Origin: a virus
Reading direction: 5' to 3' (one strand)
Length of the DNA: 12,686 nucleotides
UHGV virus genome: UHGV-0141872
This document shows, one piece after another, positions 1 through 7,576 of the stretch. Under the pieces are notes generated by a model, which was given only the letters and a program-made list of their open reading frames with translations, was not told where the DNA came from and made no database searches. Made by a program: the position numbers and the translations under genes. Position 1 is the stretch's first letter. The number at the start of each line of letters is the position of its first letter.

Positions 1-1325
1 TTCGAGAACTCATACACTTTGTTGGCATGATGACCGCCCGAGTCATGGCAGACCGCCGAGAGCGTCAGCCCGAAACCGTCGGCCCGCCGCCAGACCTGCT
101 TCAGGTACGCGTCAAGGCGCTCCCACGGCTCTTCTGTTTCCAGGTCACCAAAAATCACGTCATGCGCAATCACCCAGCACTCTTCGTTCATGCCCCAGCC
201 GAGAACGGTGATTTCGAAGCGGTCATCCTGCGTATCTACCCCGGCGGTCAGCAGGAGCACGCCATACGGCACCTCCGCTCCCCAGACCTCGACACGGGCA
301 ATCAGCCGCTGCTCACTCATCGCAAACTCACCGGTATCCTCGTAAGGTTCGCCCAGGGTGGTGTTGATGAATGTCTGGCGCATCAGCGGGTCGTCCTTCA
401 CCCTCAGCCACTCAGCGACCAGATTCGGCCAGGAGGCATTTGAGTGTGGACTGTAGCCCGTCCAGATATGAAAACCGGCATGCCCCCTGAATGGTGCACT
501 GGCACGCCATTCGCCTTTTGCCAGCATCCCGGGCAGTTCACTGTGCACAATCACACAGCCGTGGTGACGGCACAGATAGTAAGCGGTCTCCGGCAGCCCG
601 TTACCTCCGCTGTCCTTTTCCCATTTGATGCCGTAAGGGGTGCTTTTGCTGCCCCACTCTAGCACCTGATATTCCCCGCAGTGAGGACAGGGTACGAAGT
701 AGCGGCGCTGATCGCTTTCCAGCCAGGCTTTTTCAATACGGCTCACGCCTTTCACTGTTGGCGTGGAGCCGAGAACAATCTTGCGGTTCCAGAAGGTTTC
801 GGAACGTTTTGTCCCCAGAGCAATCTGGTCCCCTTCGGAGCCTGCGCCACCTGCCGGATACCCGTCCACCTCATCAAAAAGGATGATGCGGCACGTGATA
901 CGGCGAAACCCGCCGGGCGAGTTGGCCCCGACCAGCGTGAGGTTTGCACCGTTGGAAAAGGTTTTGCGAAGAATGGTCTGGTTGCTGTTTTTTGCCTTCG
1001 GGTCGCCGCTGATGGCTGCCAGCACCGGCGTGTCGCGCAGCATCGGGGCAATTTCGGTTTTACTGTAGTCTTCGGCGTCCTCCACCCTTGGCTGAACCAC
1101 CAGGATGGGTGACGGATCATGTGCCAGGTAATAACCCACCACATGGTCAAGAATTTTGGTGTAACCCACACGGGCTGATTTCATCACCGACACATACGTG
1201 ACTGACGGGTCGGTGATGGCATCCATCATGCCATCCTGATAGGGATAGGAGCGGAATTTCCCCGTCTGGGCGCTGGTCTCACGGGAAAGCACGGCGAAGG
1301 TGTTGGCCCACTGGCTTAAGGACAT
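1..1325 (-). CDS. Terminase large subunit, lambda gpA-like; N-terminal ~441 aa, gene continues past the left edge of the window
   Basis: Open frame on the minus strand from ATG at 1325..1323 to position 1 with no stop (not in the ORF track because it lacks a stop). My translation (MSLSQWANTF...VMKSARVGYTKIL...RIILFDEVDGYP...VPCPHCGEYQVLEWG...) resembles recalled lambda gpA segments (VKSARVGYSKML, ACPHCGEEQYL). Start codon is uncertain: weak SD at 1325, and an in-frame TTG lies further upstream. Confidence 0.85.
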   Translation of the reverse strand, partial: MSLSQWANTFAVLSRETSAQTGKFRSYPYQDGMMDAITDPSVTYVSVMKSARVGYTKILDHVVGYYLAHDPSPILVVQPRVEDAEDYSKTEIAPMLRDTPVLAAISGDPKAKNSNQTILRKTFSNGANLTLVGANSPGGFRRITCRIILFDEVDGYPAGGAGSEGDQIALGTKRSETFWNRKIVLGSTPTVKGVSRIEKAWLESDQRRYFVPCPHCGEYQVLEWGSKSTPYGIKWEKDSGGNGLPETAYYLCRHHGCVIVHSELPGMLAKGEWRASAPFRGHAGFHIWTGYSPHSNASWPNLVAEWLRVKDDPLMRQTFINTTLGEPYEDTGEFAMSEQRLIARVEVWGAEVPYGVLLLTAGVDTQDDRFEITVLGWGMNEECWVIAHDVIFGDLETEEPWERLDAYLKQVWRRADGFGLTLSAVCHDSGGHHANKVYEFS

Positions 1326-1371
1326 CGGCTGCGGCGAAGCAAGATATCGTTGCAGCGGGAACAACGCCTCT

Positions 1372-1968
1372 TTAAGCAGGATCTTCTTCGATTTCCCTTT
1401 TCTCAAACGCAAGTTCATCCAGCGCCTCGTATATCAGCTCCTGCAGCGCTGCCGTGAAACCCTGATCATCCGTCATTCCCGCCAGCGCCCGCAGACGGGG
1501 ACCATGCTCCGGTGCAAGGGCTACAAGGCGCGTCCTCACCCGTGTGTATTCAGCAGCGACCTGTTCAGTAACGAGTTTCAGCGGGAACAGCTTTCCGTCC
1601 TTATCCTCATATTCCAGACGCGCCATCTCCGCAAAAAAGTGTTCTTTCACTGCGCGGGACTCTTCCAGTGAACGGATAACAACATCCCCGGTGGTGAGCG
1701 AATCAAACACTTCTCTTGCCCGTTGCTCGAACCCTTCCTCCGTGCCGGACTGCGATGCCCTGACTTTTCTGGCAACTCCGGTTTTTTTTCCGTTGGCCGC
1801 ACGCGGATCGGCGCTGTCACGAAAACGCTTCAGATTTTTATCCGTCGCCTCCACGTCAATTTTTTTTCCGTCCATGACGACGAACGTACCGGCCTTGATC
1901 CATCGTGAAATCGTTTTGCGGTTTACCCCGGCATGTTCGGCGTACTGCCCGACTGTCATTAAGCTCAC
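1372..1968 (-). CDS. Terminase small subunit (Nu1-like DNA-recognition subunit), 198 aa
   Basis: ORF-track protein MSLMTVGQYAEHAGVNRKTISRWIKAG... has an N-terminal HTH-like segment and sits immediately upstream of the gpA-like gene and downstream of the cos repeats. GTG start at 1968 preceded by GGAGGTG with a 5-nt spacer. Family assignment is by position and architecture, not strong sequence identity to lambda Nu1. Confidence 0.65.
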   Translation of the reverse strand: MSLMTVGQYAEHAGVNRKTISRWIKAGTFVVMDGKKIDVEATDKNLKRFRDSADPRAANGKKTGVARKVRASQSGTEEGFEQRAREVFDSLTTGDVVIRSLEESRAVKEHFFAEMARLEYEDKDGKLFPLKLVTEQVAAEYTRVRTRLVALAPEHGPRLRALAGMTDDQGFTAALQELIYEALDELAFEKREIEEDPA

Positions 1969-1987
1969 TGAATCACCTCCGAAAACG

Positions 1988-2163
1988 GGGACACTGGGAC
2001 ATCAAAATGAATGTCCCACAGATGGGACATGGAATGGGACATTGGGACATTGGGACATAAAAATGTCCCATTTTTTGGGACGCAAAATGCAGCCAAAAAT
2101 GTGCCTTAAGCCCGATGAGGAAAGGGATTAAACAAAAAATTAACAATGGGACATTGGGACGCA
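1988..2163. repeat. Array of 11 copies of the heptamer GGGACAY (9 direct incl. variants GGGACAC/GGGACGC, 2 inverted ATGTCCC); putative cosB-like terminase binding sites
   Basis: Direct copies at 1988, 1996, 2024, 2036, 2044, 2052, 2077, 2148, 2157; inverted copies at 2011 and 2063. Three copies form an exact 8-bp tandem (TGGGACAT x3 at 2035-2058). The array lies between the cosN-like sequence and the small terminase start, where lambda has its R sites. Confidence 0.55.
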
Positions 2164-2191
2164 AATTTGAAAATTTATAGCTGGTGAAACA

Positions 2192-2213
2192 CCGCGCTCG
2201 CGCAATGCCCGTG
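2192..2213. other. Putative cosN (cohesive-end nicking site) of the prophage
   Basis: Minus-strand sequence cacgGGCATTGCGCGAgcgcggtgtttcaccagctataaattttcaaatttgc parallels the recalled lambda cos sequence acgGGGCGGCGACCTcgcgggttttcgctatttatgaaaattttccgg (same framework: GC-rich 12-mer, then CGCGG, then T-rich/AT-rich stretch). Exact nick positions cannot be determined from sequence. Confidence 0.45.
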
Positions 2214-2238
2214 CAATAACTCGCTCAGGAAGGACCCG

Positions 2239-2358
2239 TTACCCTGCCAGGCGACAGTGTCGACATCCGCTTGCGGTTTCAAAAATCTCGAGATAACGAT
2301 AAGTCAGGATGCCATCACGAACCCCTGTAATGATTTTTTCACGACTGATGGTTTTCAT
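2239..2358 (-). CDS. Small hypothetical protein, 39 aa (MKTISREKIITGVRDGILTYRYLEIFETASGCRHCRLAG)
   Basis: Found by manual translation; below the ORF-track size cutoff. ATG at 2358 preceded by GAGGAAATAT (good SD). No recognisable family; could be a chance ORF. Confidence 0.3.
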   Translation of the reverse strand: MKTISREKIITGVRDGILTYRYLEIFETASGCRHCRLAG

Positions 2359-2433
2359 ATATTTCCTCACATTTCATCAGACAATAAAAAACGCTGCTGG
2401 CACGTTCTTTCTTCATGGCAGCAATGCCCTGCA

Positions 2434-3099
2434 TCACTTCGCCGTCTTTAACGCCTGTTCAAGCGCCACGCTCAGCTCCGTCTTCATGAGACGCGATGCC
2501 ATGTCGTGCGCCAGCGCCTGATAACCCAGTACCGGCGTGACCGGCAGTGCATCACCAAAACGTATCAACAGCTTTGGTGAAGGGCTTTTTTTGCGGGGAG
2601 CGCGTGTGCCATTGGGGGAGCGTTTTCTCCGCTTCCTGGTTTTTGCCACTTTTTTCGCTTTCTTACGCTGCCAGACGCCACCAACATCCTCACCATCGTT
2701 GTTCATCACCTTACCGATGAACACATCCGGTCTGGCCTTCAGCTGTTGCAGTTTTGCCTTTGGCAGGTTGCCGTATTTGTTCAGCCGGATATTTTTCGGG
2801 TTCAGTACAGCTTTCTGCCCCTCACCGAGATAATGCAGCCCGCCCACCTCAAAAGGTTCAAGGTAAGGCACGGCGGTATCCATGATGAACACCCGACCGG
2901 TAAGATTGTCCCTTGTTGCCCCTTTTGAGCGCACCGAGTTCACGGTGAACGGCGTCGGGTTATCCAGCTTCCGGCGAAGGTTTTCTTTCTCTGCCGCTTC
3001 AATTTTTCTCACCGTGGCGGTGATGGCGCGCGCAGTGGCAAAACGCACCTGTTTCTGCATCCCCTGAAGCTGTCTGTGAAGGTCATTAAGGTCAGCCAT
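2434..3099 (-). CDS. Hypothetical phage protein, 221 aa, basic with a Lys/Arg-rich low-complexity segment (KKAKKVAKTRKRRKRSPNGTRAPRKKSPSPK)
   Basis: ATG at 3099 preceded by AAGGTGGAATA (SD). Located between the lysis genes and cos (the lambda bor/moron position). Function not recognisable from sequence. A hairpin plus T-run follows the stop (about 2395-2432). Confidence 0.6.
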   Translation of the reverse strand: MADLNDLHRQLQGMQKQVRFATARAITATVRKIEAAEKENLRRKLDNPTPFTVNSVRSKGATRDNLTGRVFIMDTAVPYLEPFEVGGLHYLGEGQKAVLNPKNIRLNKYGNLPKAKLQQLKARPDVFIGKVMNNDGEDVGGVWQRKKAKKVAKTRKRRKRSPNGTRAPRKKSPSPKLLIRFGDALPVTPVLGYQALAHDMASRLMKTELSVALEQALKTAK

Positions 3100-3159
3100 T
3101 ATTCCACCTTCTCAAGCTGCATTATCGCAGCCCCTCACTGAAGGGCTGCTGTAATGCTG

Positions 3160-3459
3160 TTACTCAGTAACTACCGCACCTTCCGGTAATTCCATACCGG
3201 CAAATACCGGACAACCAGGATGACGCTCATCTTCTGTTGCTTCCAGCATTGACTGACCAAACCACTCCGTCGTGGCGCGACCATCAGCTGCTTTGTAGTG
3301 GATCAGGTACTGGTTTTCACCATCCGCATACTGCGCGCGGGCTTTAATCTCACCCCATTCATCACTGATGCGCATCTCCACCAGTTGAGACAACTCAAAC
3401 TTAAACGGAGCAGCATCAGCACCAATTACAAACGGTTTGTTTTCTGTTTTTTTCATCAT
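3160..3459 (-). CDS. Hypothetical acidic protein, ~99 aa (MMKKTENKPFVIGADAAPFKFELSQLVEMRISDEW...)
   Basis: The ORF-track frame starts at ATG 3507 with no SD; the internal ATG-ATG at 3459/3456 is preceded by CAGGAGACG (strong SD), so the shorter form is preferred. No family recognised. Confidence 0.55.
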   Translation of the reverse strand: MMKKTENKPFVIGADAAPFKFELSQLVEMRISDEWGEIKARAQYADGENQYLIHYKAADGRATTEWFGQSMLEATEDERHPGCPVFAGMELPEGAVVTE

Positions 3460-3630
3460 CGTCTCCTGATATCTAAGCCCGTCGCCGCACCGGGTACTGT
3501 TCAACATTTGAGTATTCGCGGCGACATAAAGAATTTATTTTATTGAATAACCACAAACGCAGAATTTCATGCTTTCCGGTCGCTGACGCACCCTTCATTT
3601 TTCAGCAAAATATTCTGCTCTTACAGGCGA

Positions 3631-3813
3631 TCAGTTCTGCAGACACTGCCGAACATCGTCGACAATTTCACAGACCTGAGAAGCTGTATCGAAAAGCTGG
3701 CGCGCTTTATCCAGGCTGACGCATCCCACCAGGAAAAAAGGCACCAGTATCGCTACCAGTGCCCATTTCACCGCCGCTCGCGGCATTCTGTGTGTCCAGT
3801 GTTTTCTGCTCAT
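3631..3813 (-). CDS. Small putative lipoprotein, 60 aa (signal peptide plus lipobox LVGC, ~27-aa mature part with 3 Cys); possible spanin-like or exclusion lipoprotein
   Basis: MSRKHWTHRMPRAAVKWALVAILVPFFLVGCVSLDKARQLFDTASQVCEIVDDVRQCLQN: positively charged n-region, hydrophobic core, L-V-G-C lipobox. ATG at 3813 preceded by CAGGTGGGTT. The ORF-track version starting at 3885 (inside the endolysin gene) has no SD. Confidence 0.4.
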   Translation of the reverse strand: MSRKHWTHRMPRAAVKWALVAILVPFFLVGCVSLDKARQLFDTASQVCEIVDDVRQCLQN

Positions 3814-3827
3814 AACCCACCTGGTTA

Positions 3828-4205
3828 TCAGCGTTTCAACTGAAAATGAGGTCCGTCTTTCAGTGTTTTCCAGTCGCCGCCCCATTCGATGGCAGTTCCC
3901 AGCTCTGCGGCAGCCTGCTTAAATGCCTGCGCGATTTTCTCGTACAGAGGCCAGTCCCATGACACCTGGCTGCCAATGTAGGCCACAACATCCACCGCAT
4001 CACCGGTCAGGTGGCGGCTGTTCATGGTCTGGCTTTTCCCTTCCGCGACCAGCTGTTTCTGGCGTTCTTTCGTGCGCAGCCCTTCCGTAATACCGAAATC
4101 AACCTCCGTCAGTTCAAGGGCGCGGCGAACGACAGCAACCAGCTGTGGTCTGACACCCTCCAGATTTTTCTCGCTCCGGCGGCTGAATCTGAATTTACCC
4201 GACAT
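3828..4205 (-). CDS. Endolysin, peptidase M15 family (VanY-like L-alanyl-D-glutamate / D-Ala-D-Ala peptidase type)
   Basis: Zn-peptidase M15 motifs SRHLTGDAVDV and DGPHFQL. ATG at 4205 preceded by GAGGTG; the ORF-track start at 4211 is GTG and overlaps the upstream stop. Follows two membrane-protein genes with overlapping stops and starts. Confidence 0.8.
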   Translation of the reverse strand: MSGKFRFSRRSEKNLEGVRPQLVAVVRRALELTEVDFGITEGLRTKERQKQLVAEGKSQTMNSRHLTGDAVDVVAYIGSQVSWDWPLYEKIAQAFKQAAAELGTAIEWGGDWKTLKDGPHFQLKR

Positions 4206-4207
4206 AT

Positions 4208-4483
4208 TCACCTCAACAATGGAAAGATTCTTGTGACGTTCCCGCGTGCGCGTATCACCAGCACGCAGAACAGCAGATTAAAAAACACCTCCAGCCAGCC
4301 CGTTGCTAACGGGCGACCACACAGATAGCTGAGGGGGGCAAAGGCATACAGCAGCATCAGCAGCCAGGCCAGCCATGACATCAGCGGTTTGTGTCTGGAG
4401 TCACGACGACGATAAAAAAAGAGCGTCAGCACGATAACCGTGCATAACGCCACATTCAGCAATCCGGGAAGGTTACTTAACAT
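4208..4483 (-). CDS. Small membrane protein, 91 aa, about 3 predicted TM segments; holin/antiholin-like lysis accessory protein
   Basis: Strong SD GGAGGAGG 5 nt before ATG at 4483. Start overlaps the stop of the upstream putative holin and its own stop overlaps the endolysin start (translational coupling). Hydrophobic segments LLNVALCTVIVLTLFF, LMSWLAWLLMLLYAFAPLSYL, WLEVFFNLLFCVLVI. Confidence 0.55.
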   Translation of the reverse strand: MLSNLPGLLNVALCTVIVLTLFFYRRRDSRHKPLMSWLAWLLMLLYAFAPLSYLCGRPLATGWLEVFFNLLFCVLVIRARGNVTRIFPLLR

Positions 4484-4865
4484 TACCGCCTCCTCCGCCC
4501 CGCAGGCGCGAGAACAGGCCAGACACCAGTGATGCGATATCCTGCTGGTGGATGAATGACATAATCTTTACAGACACCAGCGATACCAGCACCGCACACA
4601 ATGCATCTGCAGATGTGCCGTCATAACCAGTTTTTGATGCCACCCAGGCTGAAAGCAAACGCGCACCCAGCACGCCGACGATAAATGACACAAGAAAATG
4701 TGCCGCCACCCGCCATGCTGAAAGCGCCTGCGGTATCGTTGCAACAAACAACGCCCCCGCAAATGCGCCAAACACAATCCCGAAATCCGTTCCGGTAAAC
4801 AGCCCGAAAACAGTCGCCCCACCGAGCGCAGCAGCTGTGCCGGAACCGGATAAGGGTTCAGACAT
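4473..4865 (-). CDS. Putative holin / lysis membrane protein, 130 aa, Gly-rich TM segments
   Basis: ATG at 4865 preceded by CAGGAGAAAAAGT (SD); the ORF-track start at 4922 is GTG inside a terminator hairpin and is unlikely. Multiple hydrophobic Gly/Ala-rich segments; first gene of the lysis cassette. Holin call is by position and hydropathy only. Confidence 0.5.
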   Translation of the reverse strand: MSEPLSGSGTAAALGGATVFGLFTGTDFGIVFGAFAGALFVATIPQALSAWRVAAHFLVSFIVGVLGARLLSAWVASKTGYDGTSADALCAVLVSLVSVKIMSFIHQQDIASLVSGLFSRLRGGGGGNVK

Positions 4866-4908
4866 ACTTTTTCTCCTGTAAATTAAAAAAGGCCACCAGC
4901 GGCCCCCC

Positions 4909-4957
4909 AAAAAAAACACCACACCAAAGACATCCGCAGATGCCTTTGTGTGGTGTT
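4909..4957 (-). terminator. Strong rho-independent terminator about 45 nt upstream of the holin start
   Basis: Minus strand reads AACACCACACAAAGG-catctgcggatg-TCTTTGGTGTGGTGTT followed by TTTTTTTT (about 14-bp stem with one bulge, U8 tract). A weaker GGCC...GGCC hairpin plus T-run follows at 4885-4904. Confidence 0.6.
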
Positions 4958-4994
4958 ATTCAGTTTTGATATGTATGGGACGTGGAGCGAATAC

Positions 4995-5049
4995 AAAAAA
5001 GGCCTGCCGGAGCAGACCTCAAAAAAAAGCCAGCACTGGGGGGGCTGGC
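4995..5049 (-). terminator. Tandem pair of rho-independent terminator hairpins
   Basis: Minus strand: GCCAGC-cccccagt-GCTGGC + TTTTTTTT (5021-5049), then GGUCUGC-uccg-GCAGGCC + TTTTTTGT (4995-5018). Confidence 0.5.
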
Positions 5050-5665
5050 AGGAAAGCAAACGTGCTTATCGGATTTTCAAAAAAAGAATATTACCTTTGC
5101 GTTAATCATCCTGGCCTTCCGAAGCACATTTCTCAACTGAAAACGGGTATTTTCAGATTTCGTTATCTGTCATATTGACAGGCCCCACTTCTCCGGGGTA
5201 GTGAAGTAAGTGGCGTTTGCTTCCTGTAAATGCCCGAGAGTTATCCATGATCTCTTGTATTAGGCATTCCTCAGTGGACTAATTTCGGAGTTATCATCCT
5301 GTTCAATTTCATCCAGGATCCCCTACTTAATAAGTTCATCATTCTTCAGGTGGCAGTTTCTTTCAGCCAGCCGTGCAAGCAACAGCACATTCTTGTCGGG
5401 CTCAGAATAACTCCTGCAAATGCAACAATGATGACCGTAGCACCAATAACCTTGAGCTGCCCGCATCCGTAAAAAGCGAAGGCCCCAAATTACCAGAATA
5501 AAACTGAGCAGATATCCGACCTTCGTTACCGCATGGACTTCATTGTCTCATACACCAGGAGCAGCAAATTGCAAAGGATGAAGCACGCCCCATGAAGATT
5601 CTCCCAAAACTATAATTGTAAAAACCAAAGTAGAGGAAGCGAACACTTGCAAACCCGAACGTTGA

Positions 5666-5693
5666 ATAAAAAAAACCGCCTGGAGCGGCGGTT
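5666..5693 (-). terminator. Rho-independent terminator downstream of the tRNA pair
   Basis: Minus strand: AACCGCC-gctcca-GGCGGTT followed by TTTTTTTTATT. Confidence 0.5.
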
Positions 5694-6046
5694 AATGGCA
5701 TATAAAAACGCATGATTTAATTGTATTCAGAAGTGTCGGGTACCTCCCGAAGCATCCAGCCCCACATGGATACTGTGGTTTCCCGCTAAACCGACTCTTT
5801 AAACCACCCTCGCACTGAGGAACACCTCTGTAGTGTTTTTACAACACCGGGATAGTGCATCATCAGCCCTGCCAGGAAATACTAAATCTCCACCGATAAT
5901 GCACTATTCCATTGTTGTAAAAAATCAGCACTGAGGCTATAACCGACCTCAAACAATAGCCTGAGGACCAAAGATGTCTTAAAACAACCTGCCCCCACGT
6001 AAAAAAACACGCCAGTGCTGTATAATTCGTGTTGCCAGAATAATGA

Positions 6047-6121
<75 letters not shown>

Positions 6122-6124
6122 ATA

Positions 6125-6200
<76 letters not shown>

Positions 6201-6365
6201 ATTGGTTCCTCAGGTGTGGATGAGATGCCCGGATACATAAATTACCCTCCCTTGGAACCGATGAAGAATAATAATGAATTTCGTTCTTGTTTCAATACAA
6301 ACAATGTCAGGTATTTAAAACATAATTATACAATATTATAAAAATTAAAAAGTTCGCAAAAAAAG

Positions 6366-7412
6366 CTAACTATTGTTTCTTATTTCATCAAACGTTTGAT
6401 TAAACCTATCCTTTTCCAGCTCTACGCCAATAGCTCTACGTCCCAGAGAGAGCGCAGCCTTTATAGTCGCCCCCGATCCCATAAAAAAGTCTGCAACCAA
6501 TTCCCCCGGACGACTGCTGGCTATAATTATCTGCCGCAACATATCCGCTGGTTTCTCACACGGATGTTTACCCGGATAATACTGCACAGGTTTGTGCGCC
6601 CAGACATCCGTATAAGGAACGGCAGCCGATACGGAAAAGTAACGCCGCAGGGATTTGTACTCCTCTAGCAGGCTGGCATATTGTCGGTTCAGTTCGCTGT
6701 ATGTGCTGACCAGCTGGTGGTGTGGCTGTTCCAGTTCACCGCGCTGATGTTTTTCTGCTGCAACACGCGCAAACAACGCCTGCAGTTTTCTGTAATCAAC
6801 CTCATTCGGCAACTGCCACTGACTGGCACCAAACCAGTGTGAAGCCATGTTTTTCTTTCCGGTGGCTTCCGCTATCTGTTTTGATGTTATCCCCAGTGAT
6901 ACACGCGCATCACGAAAGTAAGAAATCAGCGGGGCCATGACGTGCTGTTTAAGCTTGCGCCCCTGTGCCGCATAGCCGTCATTTTTGGGCTGGTATGGCC
7001 CCTGATAATGTTCTGCAAACAGAATGCGTTCTGTTGCCGGGAAATACGCCCGCAGGCTTTCCTTGTTGCATCCGTTCCAGCGTCCGGACGGCTTCGCCCA
7101 GATAATGTGGTTCAGCACATTAAAGCGCTCACGCATCATGATTTCGATATCAGATGCCAGGCGATGACCACAGAACAGGTAGAGACTTCCGGCAGGTTTC
7201 AGTACCCGCCAGAACTGCGCCAGACACTGGTCCAGCCAATTCAGGTAATCATCGTCGCCCCTCCACTGGTTATCCCAGCCTTCGGGTTTCACTTTAAAGT
7301 ATGGAGGGTCTGTGACTATCAAATCGACAGAGTTTTCCGGTAAGGTCTGGATAAATTCCAGGCAATCAGCGTTGATTAACTCACAACTGGATATTTTTAC
7401 AGTGTAAACCAT
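6366..7412 (-). CDS. DNA amino-methyltransferase (N6-adenine or N4-cytosine), beta-class, orphan (no restriction enzyme partner in the window)
   Basis: Catalytic motif IV DPPY (LIVTDPPYF) near the N-terminus and AdoMet-binding motif I FxGxG (ADFFMGSGAT) near the C-terminus, the beta-class motif order. 348 aa; ATG at 7412. Confidence 0.85.
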   Translation of the reverse strand: MVYTVKISSCELINADCLEFIQTLPENSVDLIVTDPPYFKVKPEGWDNQWRGDDDYLNWLDQCLAQFWRVLKPAGSLYLFCGHRLASDIEIMMRERFNVLNHIIWAKPSGRWNGCNKESLRAYFPATERILFAEHYQGPYQPKNDGYAAQGRKLKQHVMAPLISYFRDARVSLGITSKQIAEATGKKNMASHWFGASQWQLPNEVDYRKLQALFARVAAEKHQRGELEQPHHQLVSTYSELNRQYASLLEEYKSLRRYFSVSAAVPYTDVWAHKPVQYYPGKHPCEKPADMLRQIIIASSRPGELVADFFMGSGATIKAALSLGRRAIGVELEKDRFNQTFDEIRNNS

Positions 7413-7549
7413 AGATCAATAAGCACTTCTCTGATAGGCTCATTCCGCTTTTGCGCAAAGCAGATGGGCCTGAGGTTTGCTTGTGACCCCAACGCATGAG
7501 CAGATGGCTGGCAGGTGCCGCTAACACCCACCAGCCGCCCATCACCACA

Positions 7550-7576
7550 AATTAAAAAGCCTTCACTGTGGAAGGC
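7550..7576 (-). terminator. Rho-independent terminator overlapping the stop of the 65-aa ORF
   Basis: Minus strand: GCCTTC-cacagt-GAAGGC followed by TTTTTAATTT. Confidence 0.45.

Noticed and set aside
27-1112. Plus-strand ORFs 27..443, 444..662, 681..1112 and 763..1068, and minus-strand ORF 752..1171
   Set aside because: All lie inside the gpA-like large terminase gene in other frames or antisense; translations are low-complexity with no recognisable motifs, while the minus-strand terminase frame has clear family similarity.
1544-2131. Plus-strand ORFs 1300..1671, 1544..2131 and 1723..1908
   Set aside because: Antisense to the small terminase gene and the cos repeats; Ser/Pro-rich nonsense translations, no SD.
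1973-2164. Minus-strand 63-aa ORF across the GGGACAY repeats, and the possibility that the repeats are a CRISPR array
   Set aside because: The ORF is produced by the repeat array itself. The repeat unit is only 7-8 bp, copies are in both orientations with irregular spacing and no spacers, which does not fit CRISPR; a cosB-type protein-binding array fits better.
2537-3067. Plus-strand ORFs 2537..2833, 2746..2928 and 2882..3067
   Set aside because: Antisense shadows of the 221-aa minus-strand gene.
4568-4822. Minus-strand 84-aa ORF nested in the putative holin gene in another frame, and the GTG-initiated extended holin form starting at 4922
   Set aside because: The nested ORF is Cys/Arg-rich with no SD. 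The extended form would start inside the terminator hairpin with no SD, whereas ATG 4865 has a strong SD.
4948-5178. Plus-strand 76-aa ORF in the ORF-poor region
   Set aside because: No SD, low-complexity translation, and it runs through terminator hairpins oriented for the opposite strand.
6205-6265. Possible third tRNA upstream of tRNA-Thr (GGTTCC...GGAACCA inverted ends)
   Set aside because: Only about 57 nt between the inverted ends and no D-arm or T-loop consensus, so it is not a tRNA; it may be a promoter-proximal stem-loop.
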